64,000 bases of DNA. Origin: a virus. Lineage: Duplodnaviria; Caudoviricetes. Positions 50,871-58,281 of this stretch are shown in pieces. The translations under genes and the position numbers were made by a program. The notes under the pieces were generated by a model. That model did no database searches. It was not told the DNA's origin and saw nothing but the letters and a program-made list of their open reading frames with translations. The stretch lies in the IMG/VR virus record IMGVR_UViG_3300024346_000006. The stretch is one strand, 5' to 3'. Position 1 is the stretch's first letter. Each line of letters begins with the position of its first letter.

Positions 50871-51218
50871 TTAGAATGAAAAACTAAGTCCCACTTTTGC
50901 ATCTTCATATTCAAGCTTTTCGCTCGCTTCAATATTACTGAAAAGTGAAAGTTGTGGAGACATTGCATATGAAACACCCAAGTTAACACCATCAAAATTA
51001 ATTATATCTGATGCTACATTAGAATCATATGAGAAGTCTGCCCATGGACGCAAAACAAATCCTTGTGGAAGTGCCATTGTATATCCTAATTCAGATGTGA
51101 AATTTTCATTTTCTACACTGTACTCAATTTGTCCTTCTACATAACCTCTATTGCCTTCTGCCATTGCAGACGAACATAAAAAAACCGCCGAAGCGGCTCC
51201 GAAAAAAAACTTTGTCAT
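50871..51218 (-). CDS. Small outer-membrane beta-strand (porin-like) protein with signal peptide
   Basis: Signal peptide ending AMA/EG; alternating beta pattern; C-terminal VGLSFSF. Confidence 0.65.
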   Translation of the reverse strand: MTKFFFGAASAVFLCSSAMAEGNRGYVEGQIEYSVENENFTSELGYTMALPQGFVLRPWADFSYDSNVASDIINFDGVNLGVSYAMSPQLSLFSNIEASEKLEYEDAKVGLSFSF

Positions 51219-51244
51219 TTATTAAATCCTTTTACTATGACTGT

Positions 51245-51578
51245 GGGCCCGTTTAGTAACAAGGTGGAACCCATACCCCGCTGATCATGCTGCTAGAGCA
51301 AACTCAGGTGCAAAGTTATCGTTTGCGTTTAGTTTTGTTTGACCGAATATCGTAGGTCAACACGGTAATCTACTCTCATCTCTACACACCTGTCGATCCT
51401 ATTTCGCCCCCATCATAAACACACTACTTGCAGTATCTTCCTCTGCGTAACCTCGTTGGAGGTAACTTAGTTTATTCGTAGCCTTGCCACTTCTAGTTCA
51501 AAGCAGTGTGTTTATGGTGGAGGCGTTGGGTACTGCCCCCAAGTCCAGTATGCATGTTGAATCGTATCAACAATTACA
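51245..51578 (-). ncRNA. ssrA: Circularly permuted two-piece tmRNA: acceptor piece ~51578-51515, intervening 51514-51412, coding piece 51411-~51245, tag 51326-51285 = ANDNFAPEFALAA*
   Basis: GGGGGCGAAATAGGATCGAC 5' end; GGCAGTA T-loop; CGCCTCCACCA 3' end with G3:U70; helix 2 pairs between the pieces; tag ends ALAA. Confidence 0.93.
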
Positions 51579-51582
51579 AGTT

Positions 51583-51613
51583 TATTTATACACTATTCTT
51601 TTCTTTTTGTCAA
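51583..51613 (-). promoter_or_regulatory. Overlapping sigma70-type and T4 late promoter for tmRNA
   Basis: TTGACA-N17-TATAAA, where the -10 is part of an exact TATAAATA. Confidence 0.8.
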
Positions 51614-51660
51614 GCAAAAAAATGTATAAAAAAATATAGTGCAATAATACAACACCAATT

Positions 51661-52116
51661 TTATACCATGAGCTCAAAGTGTGGTGCATCAATAAATGGG
51701 CGCCTTCCCTGAGAACGTCTTAAATCGACATAGGCGTTCATGGCATCTTCCATGGAACCATCCCACTCCCTAATGTCATCAATGTGCCAGGCTGCACCCC
51801 AGCGGATTGCTACGTCCTCTTCTATTGCAGCTGCCTTCATTGCATCAGCAACTTCATCATACACATTGAGTTCCCAGACTCCACGGCCGCCAACATAGGC
51901 CATCAAGTCTACTGCGAGTCCATCAAGATGTTTACTCTTCATTGTTTGACTTGCGCCCTTTGCAACTAAAGCCTCTTGTTCTTCGAGCGTTCTTAAACCT
52001 TGAATCACTCCAAAATCGACCTCAGTCAATTCGATAGCACGGCTGACAACTCTAACCATGTCATCATGAACACCTTCCATTTTAGAAAGTGATCTATTTG
52101 ATAATTTAAAAGCCAT
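51661..52116 (-). CDS. Endolysin, peptidase M15 (L-Ala-D-Glu type)
   Basis: LSNRSLSKMEGVH, GLRTLEEQ, SKHLDGLAVDL, IRWGAAW, DAPHFEL. Confidence 0.92.
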   Translation of the reverse strand: MAFKLSNRSLSKMEGVHDDMVRVVSRAIELTEVDFGVIQGLRTLEEQEALVAKGASQTMKSKHLDGLAVDLMAYVGGRGVWELNVYDEVADAMKAAAIEEDVAIRWGAAWHIDDIREWDGSMEDAMNAYVDLRRSQGRRPFIDAPHFELMV

Positions 52117-52118
52117 TT

Positions 52119-52655
52119 TTAATCCTTTTCTTTTTTGTTTTCGGGGGTAGTAAATTTAAATGTAACGTCATCTGGAGTTAAAGATACGTTATACTGTTGA
52201 CTAAAAGAAACATCGGAAGTATCTAAGGTAAAATTCATACCATCAGTAATATTCATACCATCAAATGTGATAGAACCTATATCATACTCCCCAGAACCAG
52301 TAGTCAGTGTTATAGTGTCTTCTGATTTTACTTTTTGAGGAAATTCAACAATTTTTGCAGTGTTATCTAAACCGTTAAGTCTATTATACATTTCTTCTGC
52401 ATTCATAGAATATTCATCAAACAATTCTGCTCCCATAGTAGAATCATAGTCTTTATCAGTCACACTTTCTACATGTTGAATTTCACCTCTCTTAATCCAA
52501 TCAAATCCTACTGCAATCAAAAAGGTTTCGATTTTCTCCAACACCTCACCAAGTGTTGCATCTGTCGCATCGAATGAATGAGTAATAATCTCATCATTAC
52601 CAGAATCGGTATGTACACTACTGAGAGTGTAATTTGTACTGTAGTCTTTCATCAT
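52119..52655 (-). CDS. Hypothetical acidic protein
   Basis: ORF with GGAG RBS; LGEVLEKIETFLIAVGF. Confidence 0.7.
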   Translation of the reverse strand: MMKDYSTNYTLSSVHTDSGNDEIITHSFDATDATLGEVLEKIETFLIAVGFDWIKRGEIQHVESVTDKDYDSTMGAELFDEYSMNAEEMYNRLNGLDNTAKIVEFPQKVKSEDTITLTTGSGEYDIGSITFDGMNITDGMNFTLDTSDVSFSQQYNVSLTPDDVTFKFTTPENKKEKD

Positions 52656-52802
52656 TAGTCTCCTGAGAATTTCTCCTCTGTCTGTTTATATACGCCTGTC
52701 GATGGAAATGATGCCGCATTCTTGACCTTGCGGCACGTAATCCAATTCTTAATTGATTTATTTTTGCCTTCCCCATAATACACTCCAGAATTATATAGGT
52801 TA

Positions 52803-53603
52803 TTAAAAAAAATTATCAATAGTAATATCTGCTTTGTATCTTGCAATATTACTCTTGTTATGTTTTATGTCATTACTATGAACAAACGGCATATCATCGC
52901 ACCACTCATATTCTGTTTCGCCTGGACGTTTAATTTTCCACTGCAAATCTTCATCTTTTGGATATCGATTTGTCCAACAACAAGTAGAATGTCTATTCAT
53001 ATACTTTCTATCTGTCTTAGTCAATGGGTAGATATATCTGAACTGTTTACCCCATACTCTTGAAAACCCCATATCACCCATTTTGGCGTCATTTGGTCGA
53101 GGGCCATACTTTGTATCATGTCTCCCCATCTCTTTCTTCATCTTTCTTTGTATAGTCCTAAAATGCACCTTCTCGCCTGTCTCAGAGACATATACATCAG
53201 ACCATATAAAACCACCGTAAAGAAAGTTTGCAGATTGGTAAACATATCCTGGCTTTCCAACTATTCCATCTGCCCAAGTATACAGATATTTTACATCTGT
53301 ATTTTCACGCATCCATTTTACTGTTTGAGATAACATTTGAGATTCGGAGTTTCTGGGCATAGAATCATCCATACACATCTTTCCAATCTCAAAGTAATCA
53401 GAAGTTGTCAAATCTGGAAACATTTTTTTAATTGTTCCCATAGGATTAGTTCCCCATCCTAAAGTTAAAACACCAACCAGCTTATCATCTAAGTGAAAAC
53501 CTAGATAATGTTTAGTTAGTCGAGGCATAACTGCAGAATAATGGCGTTCTGCAACAAATACAGAAGCATTATTCTTGTGAAGGGGTCTTATATCATACAT
53601 CAA
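52803..53603 (-). CDS. Mom-like GNAT-fold DNA-modification protein
   Basis: RHYS, LVGVLTLG, FEIGKMC..PRNSESQMLS, LYTWAD...GYVYQSANF. Confidence 0.7.
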   Translation of the reverse strand: MMYDIRPLHKNNASVFVAERHYSAVMPRLTKHYLGFHLDDKLVGVLTLGWGTNPMGTIKKMFPDLTTSDYFEIGKMCMDDSMPRNSESQMLSQTVKWMRENTDVKYLYTWADGIVGKPGYVYQSANFLYGGFIWSDVYVSETGEKVHFRTIQRKMKKEMGRHDTKYGPRPNDAKMGDMGFSRVWGKQFRYIYPLTKTDRKYMNRHSTCCWTNRYPKDEDLQWKIKRPGETEYEWCDDMPFVHSNDIKHNKSNIARYKADITIDNFF

Positions 53604-54187
53604 ACAACCTTATAATCGCTCATAGTAGCTCGTTGTTCAACTTCATCCCACATACTTTTCTGATCTAGATAACTAAGCATATTTTCTGGAGTTGTTAGGA
53701 TATATGGATCATCATCACTTCCATCGTTATTGATGCCCGGCTCTTGCCACCACTGCTCAACAACACCATTATTAATGACACACATATATCTCCAACTACG
53801 CAAACCAAAACCTAAGTGGTTTTTACCAATCAACATTCCCATGAAACGAGTAAAGTTTCCAGAACCGTCTGGAATTACTTTCACATTCTGAATATCTTGC
53901 GACTTTGCCCAAGCATTCATAACAAATGCATCGTTAACTGAAATGCAATATACTTCATCAATACCATAATCTTTAATCTTTGAATAATTACTTTCAAAGC
54001 CTGGCAATTGATATGTAGAACAAGTGGGTGTAAATGCGCCGGGCAAGCTGAATAAAACTACTCTCTTACCTTTAAACAATTCATCACTTGTTACATCTTC
54101 CCATCGATATGGGTTTGGGCCTTCGATTGATTCATCTCTGACCCTAGTTCTGAATACCACGCAGGGTGGACTAAATCCTTCTATCAT
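53600..54187 (-). CDS. Peroxiredoxin (Prx5/redoxin type)
   Basis: FSLPGAFTPTCS, SVNDAFVMNAW, FGLRSWRY. Confidence 0.95.
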   Translation of the reverse strand: MIEGFSPPCVVFRTRVRDESIEGPNPYRWEDVTSDELFKGKRVVLFSLPGAFTPTCSTYQLPGFESNYSKIKDYGIDEVYCISVNDAFVMNAWAKSQDIQNVKVIPDGSGNFTRFMGMLIGKNHLGFGLRSWRYMCVINNGVVEQWWQEPGINNDGSDDDPYILTTPENMLSYLDQKSMWDEVEQRATMSDYKVV

Positions 54188-54453
54188 ACAGCGGGTTCTC
54201 CTCTCATCATAAATTTTCTTTGTTTCCTAAAATCACCCCAAAGTTCACTTGCCCTAACCTTTATAAAAGGTTTATTGGTTTCTGTAGTATTTGGGTTTGG
54301 AATTGTAAGAACTACATTCTTGCCTTGTTGCCATGCCTCTCTTTGACGAATTGCATGTACAAGAGTACCCTTCGGACTTTTGGTTCTATTCTTTCGTGAT
54401 ACACTACGGCGCTCGCCTTTAGATGTATAATTATTTCCCATTTGCTTTACCAC
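54184..54453 (-). CDS. Hypothetical basic protein
   Basis: VLTIPNPNTTETNKPFIKV motif; coupled to Prx. Confidence 0.7.
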   Translation of the reverse strand: MVKQMGNNYTSKGERRSVSRKNRTKSPKGTLVHAIRQREAWQQGKNVVLTIPNPNTTETNKPFIKVRASELWGDFRKQRKFMMRGEPAV

Positions 54454-54456
54454 CCA

Positions 54457-54753
54457 TTAATCTAAATCTCCATGTTCTCTAAGTCTTTCAAATCGAAATG
54501 ATCTCCAACCCTCTTTTTCCAAATCCCAAACAACAATAAGGTTTGGATCTTTTTCTTTTTGGACTGAACCTGTCGCTTCTACTGGATTATCAGGCCACGG
54601 CACGATCTTCGGATTTGTCGTGCAGTGCATTACTCTTAGAGTTCCGTCTGCCTTTTCGAACACTACTCGTTGTGTCTTTTCTTGTAGAATTGCCTTTAGT
54701 GTTGCTGCGTCCAGAGTTACTATTGGACTTTGTTGTTGCATTTCTTCTGCCAT
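54457..54753 (-). CDS. WYL_2/DUF2693-like SH3 beta-barrel protein
   Basis: FEKADGTLRVMHCT..VWDLEKEGWRSFR; AGGTG RBS. Confidence 0.8.
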   Translation of the reverse strand: MAEEMQQQSPIVTLDAATLKAILQEKTQRVVFEKADGTLRVMHCTTNPKIVPWPDNPVEATGSVQKEKDPNLIVVWDLEKEGWRSFRFERLREHGDLD

Positions 54754-55267
54754 TATTTTTCACCTTTTTTGATTTTACAATTTTATCATTATCGCATGAT
54801 TCTTTGTATAAGTCAAGATAAAATTTCCAATGTTTTTCAGTATTATTATATCTCGCATTATATAATATACTCCAATCATCTATTCCGAAAGACAATAGAT
54901 GTCTACCATGTTTCGTTTCCTTAGTAATTGCATACTGAGCGCCATGGGGGCCAGGAAATTTTATCTGTTCATCAATTAAACTAGTATCAAACTTTTGTAT
55001 AGGGGGTGGTGGGGGATATGAACGAGATTTCTTTTTTGGTTTTGCAGGAGGCGGTTTAGGGCCTTTATATCCAATCTCGTAACATTTGGGTTCTGGGGGC
55101 AATGATGCTACCCGAGCGGCCTCCATCTCTGCTTTAGTTCTACGCTTCCTCTTTTGTTTTGGTTTTGAGGATTTAGTTTCAGCCACTCGAGCGGCTTCCA
55201 TTTCTGCCTTTGTTCTTCTTTTGCGACTAGGTTTCGCTTTCGTCTTTTCCACCATTGTAATTACCAC
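54590..55267 (-). CDS. K/R/P-rich protein with duplicated RRTKAEMEAARVA motif
   Basis: ORF track; two motif copies; 3' end overlaps the next gene. Confidence 0.6.
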   Translation of the reverse strand: MVITMVEKTKAKPSRKRRTKAEMEAARVAETKSSKPKQKRKRRTKAEMEAARVASLPPEPKCYEIGYKGPKPPPAKPKKKSRSYPPPPPIQKFDTSLIDEQIKFPGPHGAQYAITKETKHGRHLLSFGIDDWSILYNARYNNTEKHWKFYLDLYKESCDNDKIVKSKKVKNNGRRNATTKSNSNSGRSNTKGNSTRKDTTSSVRKGRRNSKSNALHDKSEDRAVA

Positions 55268-55466
55268 GCATATCCATGATTTTTTCTCGCCCTATTAAAT
55301 CTATTATAAAATTTGTTAAGTCGATTTCTTTACGAATGAAAAACATTTTATTATTTAATTTTTCTAACTCTCGTTGATAATACTCCAGTTGATCCTGGCC
55401 TATTTTTCGAACTTTTTTTTCTATTATATCTGTTAGAAGAATTATTTTTCTTTCTTTGTTTCCCAT
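55227..55466 (-). CDS. Small coiled-coil hypothetical protein
   Basis: IILLTDIIEKKVRK..LEYY..EIDLTNFII. Confidence 0.65.
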   Translation of the reverse strand: MGNKERKIILLTDIIEKKVRKIGQDQLEYYQRELEKLNNKMFFIRKEIDLTNFIIDLIGREKIMDMRGNYNGGKDESET

Positions 55467-55478
55467 CCAACACCTATA

Positions 55479-55554
55479 TGGTGCCGCCAGGGAGTCTCGA
55501 ACTCCCGACCTGATGCTTACAAGGCAACTGCTCTTCCAGCTGAGCTACAGCGGC
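55479..55554 (-). tRNA. tRNA-Thr(UGU)
   Basis: GCCGCTG/TGGCGGC stem, CTTGTAA anticodon loop, TTCGAGA T-loop, encoded CCA. Confidence 0.95.
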
Positions 55555-55748
55555 GAATTTTCTATTTCATTTTCTCGTTTTTTAATCCAGTCCTTTAATT
55601 CACAAACCCTTCCAACATACATCATATATGCAGCCTGCCATTCTGGTTCTCCAGTAAGAGCCCACTGTTGACTGCACTGATCGGCATTTTGGACTAAATT
55701 TTTAATTATATTCTGGTACTTGTCTCTAAATCCAAGTGACATAAACAT
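55545..55748 (-). CDS. Hypothetical protein
   Basis: ORF track; stop overlaps the tRNA-Thr 5' end. Confidence 0.6.
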   Translation of the reverse strand: MFMSLGFRDKYQNIIKNLVQNADQCSQQWALTGEPEWQAAYMMYVGRVCELKDWIKKRENEIENSPL

Positions 55749-55753
55749 TCCTA

Positions 55754-55918
55754 CTATTTTAAAGTCAACTCCAACTTGATTAGAATGGGTTTGTCATCAA
55801 TTATCATTGCAGCGTATGTATCACCACTTTGGATTTGTAAATCTTTTGGAGACTTACTACTATCTAAAAGTATGTTTCCTGCAACATCTATATCAAAATT
55901 TTTCTTTATATTTTCCAT
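55754..55918 (-). CDS. Hypothetical protein (54 aa, MENIKKNFDID)
   Basis: Trimmed from track ORF 55754-56008, whose 5' part overlaps the SET gene. Confidence 0.5.
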   Translation of the reverse strand: MENIKKNFDIDVAGNILLDSSKSPKDLQIQSGDTYAAMIIDDKPILIKLELTLK

Positions 55919-55940
55919 CCTCATAATATATATACTTCCT

Positions 55941-56222
55941 TTAAATCCGATAAAAAGTATATTGACATGTAAGCTCTTCGCCAGGCCAAATATCTCTAAT
56001 TGCAACAAGAAAATACCTACTGTCTCTTTGAACCTTTATGATATTTGGTTCATCAGAGTGATTATAAAAAGCACCCAATGGGGTTCTTTGCAAAGTTTCT
56101 CCCCAATAAAAATGTGACAGGCCGATTTCAGTTCCTTCTTTAATCTGATTGACGCACCAAAGTCCTAGTCCATGTATTCCTGATTTTTTTATTGTTACTT
56201 CTTCTGGTAGAGGTTTATACAT
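55941..56222 (-). CDS. SET-domain protein
   Basis: KSGIHGLGLW, FYNHSDEPN, AIRDIWPGEELTCQY. Confidence 0.9.
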   Translation of the reverse strand: MYKPLPEEVTIKKSGIHGLGLWCVNQIKEGTEIGLSHFYWGETLQRTPLGAFYNHSDEPNIIKVQRDSRYFLVAIRDIWPGEELTCQYTFYRI

Positions 56223-56234
56223 TTCGTATCCTTA

Positions 56235-56777
56235 CTATGGGTTGCCGTCTGATTTTGGTACATCAAACACGAAAGTTATTCTTTCGACACCACCTACATT
56301 ATGTGCCTGATGGTATTTTTTATTATCAAACCAGAAGAAGGTGCCAGGCTTAATAGTATGCCACTCACCATCAACTTCATAATCATATTCACCCTGCAAG
56401 GAAAGATGATACCTATCTCTAGTTAAGTAATAAGTTCCTTCGTCTATATGTTTACCTACCCACTCATCAACCCCCAACTTAAAAAAGGCGGCTCTTGATA
56501 ATTGTGTTATTCCTTGACTTCTCAACCATTTAGAAACTTCATCATATTTATCATAGAGTTCAGTCTTTTGAGTCTTTTCTGTATTCTTTGGACTTTCTCC
56601 TGGCTTTACAACTGCCATGACTAGAGGCAAAAATCCATATGGGTCTAAATCGCCTCCAACATCTTTTCCATCTGCATTTAAATTATTAACATATTTCCAG
56701 TCATCTTGGTTATCAAGAACCTGTTGTAATATCTTACTCACATCTAAGTTCTTTGCAATAAATCTAAAATTACTCAA
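56235..56777 (-). CDS. Asp/Asn beta-hydroxylase-like 2OG-Fe(II) oxygenase
   Basis: HIDEGTYY..RYHLSLQG, WFDNKKYHQAHN..RITFVFD; TTG start. Confidence 0.8.
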   Translation of the reverse strand: MSNFRFIAKNLDVSKILQQVLDNQDDWKYVNNLNADGKDVGGDLDPYGFLPLVMAVVKPGESPKNTEKTQKTELYDKYDEVSKWLRSQGITQLSRAAFFKLGVDEWVGKHIDEGTYYLTRDRYHLSLQGEYDYEVDGEWHTIKPGTFFWFDNKKYHQAHNVGGVERITFVFDVPKSDGNP

Positions 56778-56797
56778 ATAATATCCTACTCATTGTT

Positions 56798-56873
56798 TGG
56801 CTCCCAGAGAGGGGTTCGAACCCCCGACCCAATGATTAACAGTCATTTGCTCTACCAACTGAGCTATCTGGGA
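56798..56873 (-). tRNA. tRNA-Asn(GUU)
   Basis: TCCCAGA/TCTGGGA stem, CTGTTAA loop, encoded CCA. Confidence 0.95.
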
Positions 56874-56887
56874 ATAATCCTCTAAAT

Positions 56888-56964
56888 TGGTCGGAGTTAG
56901 AGGATTCGAACCTCTGACCCTCTGCTCCCAAAGCAGATGCGCTACCAGACTGCGCCAAACTCCG
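56888..56964 (-). tRNA. tRNA-Pro(UGG)
   Basis: CGGAGTT/AACTCCG stem, TTTGGGA loop, encoded CCA. Confidence 0.95.
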
Positions 56965-56993
56965 TTTATAATCCGCCGCCATGGATTTTTATT

Positions 56994-57068
56994 TGGAGCG
57001 GGTAGTCAGAATCGAACTGACATCAAAAGGTTGGAAACCTCTTATAATAACCATTATACGATACCCGC
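56994..57068 (-). tRNA. tRNA-Gly(UCC)
   Basis: GCGGGTA/TACCCGC stem, TTTCCAA loop, encoded CCA. Confidence 0.93.
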
Positions 57069-57272
57069 CTAAACTTCAACATCAATGTTACCAACTGGTT
57101 CGACTATTCTCATCTTTCCAGTTCTATCATATGTTCTATAAACTTCTTCAACTCTAATAGAGCCTCCAAAATCTTTGTGTGTTACTACAATGTTATGAAT
57201 TTTATCACCGACATTAAGTTGTCTAACATACTCACTCACAATTCTTACTGGTGGTACTGGTGATACTTGCAT
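57069..57272 (-). CDS. Hypothetical protein inside the tRNA cluster
   Basis: ORF track; GAG RBS. Confidence 0.6.
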   Translation of the reverse strand: MQVSPVPPVRIVSEYVRQLNVGDKIHNIVVTHKDFGGSIRVEEVYRTYDRTGKMRIVEPVGNIDVEV

Positions 57273-57293
57273 TACAGTAACTCTAAATAAAAA

Positions 57294-57380
57294 GGACAGT
57301 AGGTGTTGATGTTCACCGCAGTTTGAGGGGTTGCAGGCCGCTTTATTTTCTTGTACATTAGTCGCCTCTTCCTACTGTCC
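57294..57380 (-). ncRNA. Candidate structured small RNA
   Basis: Perfect 10-bp terminal stem GGACAGTAGG/CCTACTGTCC followed by T5; GC-richer than flanks. Confidence 0.45.
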
Positions 57381-57442
57381 GCCCCTGTTTAATCTTGTGT
57401 CTTATATTTAGTGTCGTTTTCAGGCACTCACTCGACATTAAT

Positions 57443-57519
57443 TGGCCTGCCCTGTAGGATTCGAACCTACGACCCACAGCTTAGAAGGCTGTTGCTCTAT
57501 CCAGCTGAGCTAAGGGCAG
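57443..57519 (-). tRNA. tRNA-Arg(UCU)
   Basis: CTGCCCT/AGGGCAG stem, CTTCTAA loop, encoded CCA. Confidence 0.95.
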
Positions 57520-57544
57520 ATTTCTATGTTTCGTTAACAAGTAT

Positions 57545-57573
57545 AATATATCATAAACGAAACACATTGTCAA
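57545..57573 (-). promoter_or_regulatory. Sigma70-type promoter for the tRNA cluster
   Basis: TTGACA-N17-TATATT. Confidence 0.75.
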
Positions 57574-57579
57574 TATGTT

Positions 57580-57768
57580 TTAATGTTTTTCCCTTAACCT
57601 TATCCACTCTTCATGGACTTTAATTTGATGTTCAAGTTCATAAACTGTTTCTTCTAATACAACAACTTTTTTAAAAAGATGTTTAATAAGTTCTCTGTCA
57701 GAGATACCGAACATTTTTGCTTCATCATCGTCAATATGAATATCGGAAAAACTTTCTAAAAGTCTCAT
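57580..57768 (-). CDS. Hypothetical protein
   Basis: ORF track; part of an early small-ORF array. Confidence 0.6.
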   Translation of the reverse strand: MRLLESFSDIHIDDDEAKMFGISDRELIKHLFKKVVVLEETVYELEHQIKVHEEWIRLREKH

Positions 57769-57773
57769 TTAAA

Positions 57774-57983
57774 TTACTCTCTTGAAAAACTCTTGAAAAA
57801 ATTTAGATTGGATAAATACAGGTGTTCGTATTTGTCCCACTCTTCATCAAAAATCTTTTCTAATTTTTCCCTAGAAAACTTTTCATATGCCTGTTCAAAG
57901 AATTGTTTCTTTGCATCGTCATATTCAAGGCCAACAGAATACAGTTTACCTACATTATTTTTTACTTCAGTAATTTGTGACAT
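57774..57983 (-). CDS. Hypothetical protein
   Basis: GGAG RBS. Confidence 0.65.
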   Translation of the reverse strand: MSQITEVKNNVGKLYSVGLEYDDAKKQFFEQAYEKFSREKLEKIFDEEWDKYEHLYLSNLNFFKSFSRE

Positions 57984-57995
57984 TTTAACTCTCCA

Positions 57996-58280
57996 TCAAA
58001 CTTGAACAGGGATTGCTTTTGTAATAGTATGAAGTTTTTTTATGACCGTGTTAACCTCATTTTCTGTTAAGTGTCCCTTAACGTCATCTTCAATAATGCC
58101 AGGCAAATTTGCAAATTCACCATTAACAAAGACAGCGATTTCATAAGGAGCGGTTTCAGAACCATATGCACCTTCACCACTGATAATACTCAATTGATGA
58201 CATTCACCAAAGGATAATAATGACTGGAAACCGCCAGGCATGTAATCCTTTTCAATAATTTCAAAATCTGCAAGTTTCAT
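57996..58280 (-). CDS. Hypothetical protein (94 aa, MKLADFE)
   Basis: Trimmed start; GEGAYG..PYEIAVF..DDVKGHLT motif. Confidence 0.7.
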   Translation of the reverse strand: MKLADFEIIEKDYMPGGFQSLLSFGECHQLSIISGEGAYGSETAPYEIAVFVNGEFANLPGIIEDDVKGHLTENEVNTVIKKLHTITKAIPVQV

Positions 58281-58281
58281 T

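Noticed and set aside
51412-51514. tmRNA intervening sequence as a cryptic tRNA
   Set aside because: No T-loop (TTCRA), D-loop GG or CCA; kept only as a generic structured RNA
51506-51712. + strand 68 aa ORF (MCLWWRRWVLPPSP...)
   Set aside because: Antisense reading of the tmRNA acceptor piece, promoter and endolysin end
52620-52776. Possible ~52 aa Arg-rich ORF (MGKAKINQLRIG...)
   Set aside because: Has an RBS but overlaps the next gene and has no recognisable motif; too weak to list
55385-55410. IGQDQ segment in the 79 aa ORF that looked like a short insertion
   Set aside because: Cannot be assessed without aligned homologs; frame intact
55456-57623. + strand ORFs 55456-55671, 56887-57072 and 57411-57623
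   Set aside because: Antisense translations of tRNA genes
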